Source: Naegleria gruberi (lineage: Eukaryota). Taken from it: DNA of 64,000 nt. Every line of letters starts with the position of its first letter. The stretch's first letter is position 1. Location: the NCBI GenBank assembly GCA_000004985.1, contig GG738846.1; one strand, written 5' to 3'. Both the position numbers and the translations under genes were made by a program. The notes below the pieces were generated by a model. It did no database searches. It saw nothing but the letters and a program-made list of their open reading frames with translations, and was not told the DNA's origin. Positions 11,101 to 20,840 of this stretch are shown in pieces.

Positions 11101-12911
11101 AATTAATGGCTACACTTCAACCAACCTATTACGATGAAGAAAAGAAGAAAATTATTGGACCTAAGAAAAATATCACAACACCGATCAAGAGAATTTATGA
11201 GGGATCTGTTCTTTACAAGCTCTTATCAGAATGCAGAGATGAGTCATCATTTTATGCCCAATTGAATGAGACACAACACCAAAATTTAGAGAATTACCAA
11301 CGTAACATTGAGAGTGAGATTCAATCAAGAGTTTCTCAAAGATTAACAACCACTTTGGATCAACATCCAACTCTCAATAGAAATGTCTCTGCTATGGTAA
11401 CTGTTAGATTGGGTGATTGCTGTCCTTATTCGAAAAATCCTGGTGTAACGATGAACGATAAGGAAATGATTATTACGTTATGGATTGCAGATGAAGACAA
11501 TGAATCTTTTCAAGAGGGAAATATTATTGACATTTATAATAGTAGATCATCCAAGCAAAGTGGAAGTCAAGTTATGAAGTCAATTTCAGCAATTTCTCAT
11601 ACTAAAGTGGAGATTGTTAAAAATTGGAAGGACTTGACAGATGAAGAAATGAAGGTCTATAGCTATGTACCAAGAAGTTGTATCAATTTTACTCAGGTGA
11701 AAAATCCAGACTGCAGACAGCACAATAACGAATTCGATTTTGCAGGAATACTAGTTTATACAAAAGAAATCGAGCAGAGAGAAAAAGAAAGTACCCTAAA
11801 GTTACTCTACTTTGTAGATTCTACTTCTTTCAATATTTCAGAATCCTCATATTCTAAAAATCCAATAATTATGCAAGTTAGATATTATGAATCAAATAAG
11901 AAACAATTTAGATGGTTCCTAACTCCAGGAAAAGTTTATTATATGGCAAATGTTACCTATTCAGACTTTGATGAAACTAACAATAGAATCAAGTGCTTTG
12001 CCAATGAACAAACTTTCATTTCTGAAAGAGCAACCAAACAACATTTCAAGTCAGCATCCAGTGAAATTAATGCTTTCTTGAAAAACAATAGGGAAAAATG
12101 CCTTTCACTAGAAAGTGTTATCGACCAATTTTCATTTAGAGAGGAAGATTATACAACACCTCGAAAGTCAATATCAAGCAATAATGACATGGAGGATGAT
12201 TTCAGTCTTGACCAAGAAATTAATTGTAATCCAATTATTGATGGCGATCACCAAATTCAAATTACATTATTGGATGGAGGATACAATGTTATTGAGACGT
12301 ATGTATATCCAAAGGATAATAATATTAGCTACAAGAGAGCTGAGGATACATATTCTTTTTATGTAAAACTCTACATTGAAACAAAGGAAGAGTGTTATTC
12401 CATTAAATTTACAGAGGACATGTTTGACAAGCTTGCTAACTGTCTCTATTTTGAAGAGGCAAACAATGCAGGGTTTCATCAATTCAACTTGCAAGACATT
12501 TTACAGTCAGAAACCATACCAGAATGGATTAAAACTCTTGTAAGTGAGGGAAAGATCATACATGAAAATTATGAATCCAATGATTTCACTACAAGGGTTG
12601 AAGAAATTAGAATGAATTTATTCAATTCGAGGAATGTGGATACCATGACAAAATTAATCAGATCTATCATTGTTGGAACCAAATTTATTACCAATTTAGA
12701 GCAGTTAGAAAACTTTATCTATTTGGATTCAGTTCTTGTTTGCTCTCCTGAGGAATGGAATTATTTGATGCAACAATTCATCTCCACACTCAAGAATACC
12801 CTTTTCAAATTCAATATTCGTGGAAGTGATAAACAAGTTATGAACGTCACGTGTATGGTCAGAGATTTTGCATTGGACAATTTAGATCTAGAAGATATCT
12901 TATTAAATTAA
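8157..12911 (+). CDS. BRCA2: BRCA2 orthologue (homologous-recombination mediator): acidic N-terminus, about 21 tandem minimal FxxA (GFVSA) motifs, then BRCA2 helical domain and OB folds
   Basis: Single 1584-aa ORF. '[23 protein letters not shown]…[16 protein letters not shown]…' matches the human BRCA2 helical domain ([21 protein letters not shown]…PERVLLQLKYRYDTEI). '[16 protein letters not shown]…[12 protein letters not shown]' matches OB1 (LTDGWYAVKAQLD…VGQKIILHGAEL). Upstream repeated '[17 protein letters not shown]' motifs resemble the BRC core FxTASGK and the RAD51 'GFTTA' motif. Confidence 0.9.
   Translation: [1584 protein letters not shown]
8545..9715. repeat. In-frame tandem array (about 21 copies) of a 12–14-codon unit encoding '(E)TFGFVSAS…' and 'TDGFVSAS…' within BRCA2, plus four copies of 'KYTY(N/H)[11 protein letters not shown]'
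   Basis: Visible as repeated 'gaaacatttggatttgtttc(t/a)gc' and 'acagatgg(a/t)tttgt…gc' strings. It generates many spurious antisense ORFs (8528..9517). Confidence 0.85.
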
Positions 12912-13004
12912 TTAAGACCTTAAATCCAAACCTTTTTGCGTTTAACACATCCAGAAAATGATGGAATGAAATGGCGCCAAAACTAAAATAAAAAACACAA
13001 AAAA

Positions 13005-14021
13005 ATGCAAAGACTTTTTGTCCGTGTAGTTGCCGATGGTTTTCCTTCATCATCGTCATCTTATAATGATAACAATAATAATAACATTACTTTTCCATCC
13101 TCAACAACAAATCCTTCAACGATCAGTTCGTTACTTTTAGAGAGAAATCAATTTTATAGAAAGTTAGCCGGTGTAAATAGGTCCAACTCTACGTCTAAAT
13201 TGTTGGACAGAAACTTTTGCTGTATTCTTCCACATAATTTATCGCTTGGTGATGTCAAACAAACAATATGTAGACAATATCAATCGATATTTTATGATAA
13301 AGTTACGGAAGGTTTTGAATTTGACAATTCTGATGCCTTTACTCTTTCTCGTTTATATTCCGACTTGGGATTAGAGTTGGGCTTGTGGAATACACAACTT
13401 AAAGCTAGTGATATTTTCACTGATGAACAAGTAGTATTTGCCAAATTGGATTGTTCACGAAAACAAAAAATTAAACTGAAAGAAAAATATCAACAAACAG
13501 AACAATACCTCTCACCACCAGATAGTGATAAGGAACAGTCCAACACTGCTCTTTTTGAAACACCTAAAAAGAGAAAACCAACAAGTAATTTTTTAACACC
13601 TCAATCCAAGAAGAAAAAACCAATTACTCCACCAAGTATTACAAGTGGTGATGATAGTGATTCTTCTGTGAGTGATTCAGAAGATGAGGCAGGGGCTACT
13701 CGTCCAGTAACAAGTGCCACATTGAAACAAACAGCGGAGAATCCTATTGTAATTCAATCGGATGAAGAATCTGAAGAATCAGAAGAGGAAGAGGAAGAAG
13801 AAGAGACACCAGTCAAGAAACCACAACCAAAGAAGCAAGAATTAAAGCAGGAAACAAAGAAACCAGAAAAGAAACAACCAGAAAAAGAGGAATCTGAAGT
13901 TGAAGACTCTGAGGAAGAACTGAAATCAGATTCTGATAAAGATGTCATGACTCACAGATCAATACGCCAAATTCTTTGCAAATACCAAGCACTGGTTAAA
14001 GGCAAAGTTTGCTGGTGGTAA
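13005..14021 (+). CDS. Acidic Ser/Glu-rich (CK2-site-rich) then Lys-rich nuclear/nucleolar-like protein, unknown function; the C-terminus probably continues in the +1 frame to 14129
   Basis: 338-aa ORF. N-terminal globular region, long 'SDSEDE…EESEESEEEEEE' tract, K-rich tail. The +1 frame after 13944 is open to 14129 and encodes a non-low-complexity tail ('KHWLKAKFAGGKFKTESDLEDMKKAFSQLTKSHQTELLDLMATMKGQ'). Confidence 0.55.
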   Translation: MQRLFVRVVADGFPSSSSSYNDNNNNNITFPSSTTNPSTISSLLLERNQFYRKLAGVNRSNSTSKLLDRNFCCILPHNLSLGDVKQTICRQYQSIFYDKVTEGFEFDNSDAFTLSRLYSDLGLELGLWNTQLKASDIFTDEQVVFAKLDCSRKQKIKLKEKYQQTEQYLSPPDSDKEQSNTALFETPKKRKPTSNFLTPQSKKKKPITPPSITSGDDSDSSVSDSEDEAGATRPVTSATLKQTAENPIVIQSDEESEESEEEEEEEETPVKKPQPKKQELKQETKKPEKKQPEKEESEVEDSEEELKSDSDKDVMTHRSIRQILCKYQALVKGKVCWW

Positions 14022-14288
14022 ATTCAAAACTGAATCTGATTTGGAAGACATGAAAAAGGCATTTTCACAACTTACTAAATCTCACCAAACGGAATTATTG
14101 GACTTGATGGCAACCATGAAGGGCCAATAAACAAAATTTCTTTGGTTTTGTTGATTTGTGATGAAATTCGATTCAGTTTTAAATGGAAATTTACCAAATA
14201 TATCAAAACATCTATTCAATTCAAAACACTATTCAAAATATTAGAATAATTAGCTAAAGCAACTATTTAGATATTTTCCAAGAAGAAA

Positions 14289-15170
14289 ATGCATTCAAAC
14301 AACAATTATCAAACTTCTACAAACACCAATTCTATTCGAATTTGTATTCGATTGCTGTTTATAATTGCTCTCTTCTGTTTCTTTCAACTAACAACCGCAC
14401 TCTCCGAGCCTAACAATCACCATCCTAATCATAATCCTCATCACACCGGCGGAAGATCTGTGGACGAAAGGTTTTCCCTTCCTTCTCTAGCTGATTCGAA
14501 TATTTTCGAAAAACTCTTCAAAAAATTGGAACAAGCAATTGAAAATGTTGTAAACAATGTAACAACAAATATCAGATTTCAAGTTTCACAAGCCATTATC
14601 GACGTACTCAACAAGAATCAAATCACTGCAGTGACAAATAATGCCATGTCAGCAATCTCTCAAAATATTTCAACACTTCTCAATAATATTCCATTCAATC
14701 AATTATTCCAAAACTCATTACAATATTCCCAACCAATCATTAATCAAATGGCCCAACAATTCACTAATCAACAAGTTATTGAAACTGTCAAATCATCTCT
14801 CAAACAAAATGACATTGACTTTTCCACAATTGTTTCAGAAATTATCAATGCAACCATTACAAAACTATCTGAACCCCAAACCAAACAAGAAATCAATCAA
14901 ATTCTCAAATATTACGCAACACATGCAACAGATTCCATCCCAACTTGGTTATTAATTTTTTTTGGTTCAGTTTTAGTTTCCATTTTAATGATTCCTTCAT
15001 TGTTGATGGCAATTTTGTTGCAACAAGTTTTTCCAGTGAGGAAAATGAAATGGTATCAAAGAATTTTCATTAATAGATTTGGAAAGGCCAAAGTTTCTCA
15101 GCAGCAAACTATTAATGATGAGGAGGAAGAAAGGAGGCGGTTAGTTTACAATGAGAATATTCAACAATAA
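14289..15170 (+). CDS. Membrane protein of unknown function (N-terminal signal/anchor, Q/N-rich luminal region, C-terminal TM)
   Basis: 293-aa ORF. Hydrophobic 'LLFIIALFCFFQLTTALS' near the N-terminus and 'WLLIFFGSVLVSILMIPSLLMAILL' near the C-terminus. Confidence 0.5.
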   Translation: MHSNNNYQTSTNTNSIRICIRLLFIIALFCFFQLTTALSEPNNHHPNHNPHHTGGRSVDERFSLPSLADSNIFEKLFKKLEQAIENVVNNVTTNIRFQVSQAIIDVLNKNQITAVTNNAMSAISQNISTLLNNIPFNQLFQNSLQYSQPIINQMAQQFTNQQVIETVKSSLKQNDIDFSTIVSEIINATITKLSEPQTKQEINQILKYYATHATDSIPTWLLIFFGSVLVSILMIPSLLMAILLQQVFPVRKMKWYQRIFINRFGKAKVSQQQTINDEEEERRRLVYNENIQQ

Positions 15171-15643
15171 ATAAATGTATATAATATGTGAAACAATTAG
15201 AAGTATCCAATAGAAAAACAAGAATCGACTTGCTTCTATTTTACAGCAACAGAAAGAAAAAAAGACTACAGCACCACAGGTTCCCAAGTTGTCTCCAACC
15301 TCAGTACTGATGTGGCTCTACGATGCTTAACTTCTCAAATCGAGCGAGATGAGGTGCATTCATCGTGATATGGCCGTAGCCATTCAATACCTTAAAATCT
15401 TAATACTGAATAAGATTGCCTTTCGTGCTTTTTTTGACTCAACAATATTGTCAACAGAGTTAATTTATTAATTTTTTTATTGTTCTGAATCCTCTTCATT
15501 GAAGTGCTATTTGATAATTCAGATGTTAATGATGGAAAATTTGTTATAATTTGTCATGTTTTGTTTAATTATAATAAACAGTTCGAAATGATATTTAATC
15601 CAGCATGATAGGATTCTTGATAACGAATGTATATATATATATA

Positions 15644-16762
15644 TTACTTTCTAACACCAACTGGATGAGGTGCTTTGGCTGTGTAGGATTCATCCAAATA
15701 TTTGACTTCCTCAGTGGTGAGTTCAATATCCAAAGCAGCAATAGACGATTCAATATTCGATACTTTTGTGGCACCAACAATTGGACTGGTAACTCCTGGT
15801 TTCTTCAATAGCCAAGCAATAGCAATTTGAGCTGGTGAGACATTCTTCTTATTAGCCAATTCTGAAACTCTTCTCAAATTTTCCTTATCACCTTCAGTCA
15901 GGGTTTCTTGGAATTGTTTTTGAATGAAATCTGAATTTGCTCTCTTGGATTTCTGATCCTCATCATCATCATTGCTTGTTTTCTCAGAGTTGACAAATTC
16001 GTGAGCTCTTGCCAAAATTCCCTTAGCAAGTGGACTATATGGAGTTAAGGAAACTTTCTGATCCAAACACATTGGAATCATGTCTCTTTCCTCTTCTCTA
16101 TACATTAAATGATAGAGATTTTGCATGGAAACAAACTTGGTCAATCCCTTCTTATCAGCATAATGTTGAGCTTTAGCAAATTGCCAAGCAAACATTAAAG
16201 AGGCACCAATATATCTGATCTTTCCAGATTTTACCAAATCATGTAAAGTTTCCATGGTTTCTTCAATAGGAGTGTCTGGATCCCAACGATGAATAATATA
16301 TAAATCAATGTCTGTTTACAATATTCAGTCAACTGAACTTTGCAATTTTCAAAAATACTTACAATCAGTTCCCAATCTTTCCAATGATTCCTCAACAGCA
16401 TGCATAATATGCTTTCTCGACAATCCATGAGTATTCACCTTCTTATCATCACTCAACGGTAGGTACCTTTGTTCTCCACTCTTGTCAACCGGACCAAAAA
16501 CCTTAGTAGCAATAACAACTTCCTCTCTCGGAATGTTATTCTCCCTAATGAATTTACCCAAAATTCTCTCACTTTCACCATTCGAATAAAGGTTGGCAGT
16601 GTCGAAGAAGTTAATACCCAACTCCCAGGCCTTCTTGAGAATGATCATGGATTCTGGTTCTTCCAAAACCCAATCAAACCATTTTGGTGAGCCGAAACTC
16701 ATGCATCCGAGACAGATTTTGGAGACTTTCAAGCCAGTGTTACCCAAATTTTCATACTTCAT
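15644..16762 (-). CDS. Aldo-keto reductase (aryl-alcohol dehydrogenase / K+-channel-beta-like subfamily); two exons
   Basis: Exon 1 is 16762..16363 ('…GINFFDTANLYSNGESERILG…'). Intron is 16312..16362 (51 nt, gtaagt…aacag). Exon 2 is 16311..15644 and begins '(Y)IDLYIIHRWDPDTPIEETMETLHDLVKSGKIRYIGAS', the canonical AKR motif. Splicing restores one continuous AKR fold. Confidence 0.85.
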
Positions 16763-17674
16763 CTTACGTTTCTTCTAATTGTGTTGTTTGTTTGTTTTTT
16801 TATTGTTTTGTTAATTGTACTCTAGAGTTTCTTTTTAAAGGAAAGAGAATTTGTACGAAAGTGCGAGCGAGGTCTTTTTGAAAATGTACTCGTACTTTGT
16901 TAATAAGTTAGATCCATTTGTTCAATTGTTAGTTGGTTATACTGTTTGTACTTGCAACTAATCAATCCTTCTGTTGTAAACCAATTTAAACAAGTCGATT
17001 TCATTTTACAAACATTCGAAATTAGCAACTGATTGAGAGAGTAAGGAAAGAATGAAAAGTTTAAGTAATGGGAAGCTAGTGTCTAGAATCAATTCGCAAG
17101 TTATTGAAGAGTGATCACCATTTACAAAATCAAAGTTTCAATTGGATTTGCATCTAATTATTCGTTGCATGAAACAAAACAAAACTTGAGAAAAACAAGT
17201 CATAACTGATAACTAGCTGTCATGTCACACTTTTAATTTCACCTTATCAAGTGGACTGCAATCTTGTTGAGTGGAGGAACTTTGGGTGCCTTATTCTTCT
17301 TGTGGCCAACTATTAGATGATAAATTAGAAGGAGTGTAATAAATTGTAAAGTTTATCCACTGGAAACAATGTTTTGAATTATCATAACAGCAGGTTGTCT
17401 TGGATGGTGCAATATCGAATATTCATCCAATTAGTTTGCAATAGTTTCCAAAAATAAAAAGAGATTGTTCAAACACGACTGACATTGTTATGTAAATTGG
17501 ATGGAAAGAGGCAATTTTGAAATCTAAATGTGGATTACACATCTATTATTTATATGAACAATGAAAAATTTCATCACATGTCCAAAGCACCTCAGTTTCA
17601 CACATGAACCGTGGCTCTTCTTGTTGTTGTGGCAAAAACTTGAACGAAAAGGAGAGGGAAAATGGACCAAAGAT

Positions 17675-18720
17675 GATTATGATGACATTAATTTAATAAT
17701 TCTTTTATTGATATTGAAGTTCTTATTATTTTTCTCTTAATTGGCAAATCAAATGATGAGGACACAGAACAAATTGTATTCGAATTATTGATTGAATTAG
17801 TTGAGGATGATATTGTTGAGAAAGTTAAAAGTGGAGTGATGGAATCAATGGATGAATTTGATGAGGATTGATTCGATCTTGTTTCTTCACTCAATGTTTC
17901 TCTATTATTTTCTCTATTACATTTTGTAATGAATTGACAATGTTTCTTCTTCTTTTCAATTTTGCTTTTCTTTTTCATAATTGGTGAAAATTCATTGAAA
18001 AATTGTTTCAATTCATTTTCATAGGGTTGTAATTTGGAAGGTGAAAATGTGTGTTGTTGTGTATTGAATAATTCTGTCGATCTGACAATCATTTGAGCAG
18101 CACCACCAGTTGTTGTAGTGCATTTCTTCTTTGAAGGTCTTCCTCTCTTCTTTGGTATTTGATTTGTCGAATGATTATCATTATTATTATTGGTTGCTGA
18201 AGAAAAATCAACAATTGAAAATTTGTTATACTTGAACTTGTTATTGTTCAACATCATGTCTATCTATTAAGAATATGTTCTTTGAAAAAGTTTAAATATA
18301 GAGAGAGTGAGAGAGGGTGGATATTTAAAAAAAAAACACTGTTGATGTGTGTGTTCTTCTTATATTGTTGGTGTTATAATTTGTTTTTTTTGAATAATGT
18401 CTAGTCCAACTAATCAGCGGTTGGGTTTCTAAGGGTTTTTTCGTTAGAGGTGTTGTGTCGGAGATTCTTAAATACAATTATTGCTTCTATCTGATATTTA
18501 AGATTTGGTAATTTGAAGGTGTGATGTCGGAGATTCTTAAAGAATATTCATTTCCTTAATGGTTGCAAATAGAATGGATAAGAATCTTAATCATGATATA
18601 GAATATCAGATAAGGAAGAGTTGATTAACTTTTGTGGAACTATGGACATCCATGATGACAGTTATTAGTTGGAGCTATTATAAATAGAGAATTTGGATTG
18701 CCTTTTTTATCGAATCTCTA
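17675..18720. repeat. Right arm of the inverted duplication (AT-hook gene copy A' plus 5' flank); contains an internal local tandem duplication of about 60 bp around 18400..18560
   Basis: Reverse-complement match to 3480..4640. 'tgtcggagattcttaaa…' occurs twice within the arm. Confidence 0.8.
17688..18257 (-). CDS. Small AT-hook protein, inverted near-identical copy (A') of 4048..4629
   Basis: 189 aa. Differs from copy A by a few substitutions and one short indel near the C-terminus. Confidence 0.7.
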   Translation of the reverse strand: MMLNNNKFKYNKFSIVDFSSATNNNNDNHSTNQIPKKRGRPSKKKCTTTTGGAAQMIVRSTELFNTQQHTFSPSKLQPYENELKQFFNEFSPIMKKKSKIEKKKKHCQFITKCNRENNRETLSEETRSNQSSSNSSIDSITPLLTFSTISSSTNSINNSNTICSVSSSFDLPIKRKIIRTSISIKELLN

Positions 18721-19121
18721 TTGTTTATTGGGAGGTAATAATATACAAACTCAATTTTATATCAAGTACAACTTATCAATTTGGAAGAGAGGACAATTAG
18801 GAAAAATTAATTGAATTTATTACTTTTTAAACTTATTACCATGGTAACCTCTTTGATAGCTAATAGTGACACAATTTCTCAAGTACTTTGCAATGGACGA
18901 TTCATCTTTGAGTATCATACAACCTTCCAAACTCTTCCAATGATAGATTACTATATTGTTCTACAATATTTCTCAAAAAGAAAACATGAAACATGATTAA
19001 TTTACACGAAACTTGGTTGGCTTCCCATGATTTTTCACATCTTTCAGAGTCTGATTCGTTCAATCTGGATAATTGAGGATACATCTTGATTACCCATAGA
19101 GCATTTCTGATAGAAGTTTCC

Positions 19122-20840
19122 TCAACGATGGATTTCTTTACAGCTCCAGGTTAGTTTGCTTTCGCCTAAAATTGAAAGTTTTGGAAGAAATTCACCAAGG
19201 TTTGGACAAGAAGATTTCAATCTCTCCTTTTCTGTGTTGTTAAATTGATTAACTTGATGCTCGAAACGTTTAACAATTCTAGGAAACTTTTCACTTAAAT
19301 AAATTAACCATCTATGGAAATACATATAACCATACAATGCCTTAATTGAGGCATGAGTATTACCCTTCATGATTTCAACGACCATAGAATTCATCAGCTT
19401 ACACATGAGATCTGCATAAACGACCCAATTATCAAAATTTGGTTTCTCACAATGATTGTAAACTGTTGGATGAGAATTGTAAATTTCTTGAATTGACTTT
19501 TTCAATCTCTCAAAATTTCCATGTTTTCTATTAATGTAAATTGGAATCCAATGTGTGAATGTTGATCCCCAAACACTCTTTCTGACTCTCTCTTCATAAA
19601 ATGACTTTCTGGAGAGGAGATCGAGTGGTGAGGAGATGGAGGCAACTGTGCCATCTTTCTTCGTTTCGAATGAGAGACCAATACCAAGTATATCCTCCTT
19701 GAAACTTTCTTTCGAATGGTAACAAATTAATTCTCGTGCAGTGGAGAGAAGTTTGTACTCACACAATTCGAGGAGATGTTTGCTTGATTTTTCGACTTTC
19801 TTCAAATCAGAGTGAGTTAAATAGGTGAGAATGTGCAGGAGAATTTCATTTGGAATGTCATTGAATGAAGTGTTTGGAGCTTGAACTCCCTTTTCAACTG
19901 TGCCAACGTTGGTAGTTACATCAACACCAGTATCTTCTGTGAAGATAGAATTGACTAGCTCAGGTGCTGTAGAAGTGGAAGTAGTTACTGGAAGAGGTGT
20001 TGTTGCAGATTCATTTGTAAATTTAACGAAACCCATTTGATTTAGAATTTTGAGGAGGTAATTTTGAATATGTGAAATAATGGATACACTGTATGATAAC
20101 GGAGGTTCAACAGGAGTAGCTAATTCTTCCTTGATTTCTTCCTTTGGTTTAGTTTTCTTTCCAATATCTTCTTGTTCCATTGTTTCAACCTTGACAACTG
20201 ATTTCTTTTTCTTATTCTTCTTTGGCTTGCTAACTAGAGTACTAACTAATTCTTTCTCCTTCTTTGGAACAATAGCTTTCTTAACCACAATTGGTTTTGG
20301 CTCATATTTGGAAGTCAATATTTCATTAACATTCCAATGAGGAGCACACGGATAAACAACGCCATTGGAAGGATCGTGTCCAGTTTCATCAAACTTGAAT
20401 GCTCTGGAAAGCTCAATATCAGCTTGAATGAATCCAGCTTGTCTTTCTTCTTCCTCCAAGAGAAAAGATTGCAATTGAAGCAACACAGACAAACATGAAT
20501 AGCTTGTACTCCATCCCATGTAAGGAACTTGAGAAAAGTGATTACTCTCCAAAATATCCAAACAAATCCAACTTCCAAATACATGTGAGTGATGCAATCT
20601 GGTGAGACAATTAATAGTTGGTGGCTTATTTGGATAATCGAGTGGAAAATCAATTTCCAACAAGAGAATAATTCCACGATACTTGGAAGTTTTTGGAGCT
20701 AGCACAGTTGCGTACCACTTGAATAAATCTCCCTTGAATGGTTCTGCATAGACAGTTTCTAATGGATTCATTTGAATTTCTTTCAAATCTTTCATTAATC
20801 TTTTAAGAACTCGATCTTGCTTGTTGTTGTTTGATAACAT
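19122..20840 (-). CDS. Fusion protein: N-terminal ubiquitin-conjugating (UBC/E2) fold with non-canonical HPN motif, central F-box, C-terminal domain of unknown function
   Basis: 572 aa, single exon. 'PPTINCLTRLHHSHVFGSWICLDILE' aligns to the E2 active-site region (…YHPNINSNGSICLDIL…); Cys is retained and HPN is replaced by HHS. 'IPNEILLHILTYLTHSDLKKV' is F-box-like. Confidence 0.7.
   Translation of the reverse strand: MLSNNNKQDRVLKRLMKDLKEIQMNPLETVYAEPFKGDLFKWYATVLAPKTSKYRGIILLLEIDFPLDYPNKPPTINCLTRLHHSHVFGSWICLDILESNHFSQVPYMGWSTSYSCLSVLLQLQSFLLEEEERQAGFIQADIELSRAFKFDETGHDPSNGVVYPCAPHWNVNEILTSKYEPKPIVVKKAIVPKKEKELVSTLVSKPKKNKKKKSVVKVETMEQEDIGKKTKPKEEIKEELATPVEPPLSYSVSIISHIQNYLLKILNQMGFVKFTNESATTPLPVTTSTSTAPELVNSIFTEDTGVDVTTNVGTVEKGVQAPNTSFNDIPNEILLHILTYLTHSDLKKVEKSSKHLLELCEYKLLSTARELICYHSKESFKEDILGIGLSFETKKDGTVASISSPLDLLSRKSFYEERVRKSVWGSTFTHWIPIYINRKHGNFERLKKSIQEIYNSHPTVYNHCEKPNFDNWVVYADLMCKLMNSMVVEIMKGNTHASIKALYGYMYFHRWLIYLSEKFPRIVKRFEHQVNQFNNTEKERLKSSCPNLGEFLPKLSILGESKLTWSCKEIHR

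Noticed and set aside
3480-18720. Idea that the inverted-repeat-bounded 15-kb segment is a giant DNA transposon (Polinton/Maverick/Starship-like)
   Set aside because: The 'TIRs' are whole gene copies including coding sequence. The interior encodes core housekeeping genes (CDK1/2-class kinase, BRCA2, AKR) and no integrase, pPolB, ATPase or capsid genes. Segmental inverted duplication is the simpler explanation.
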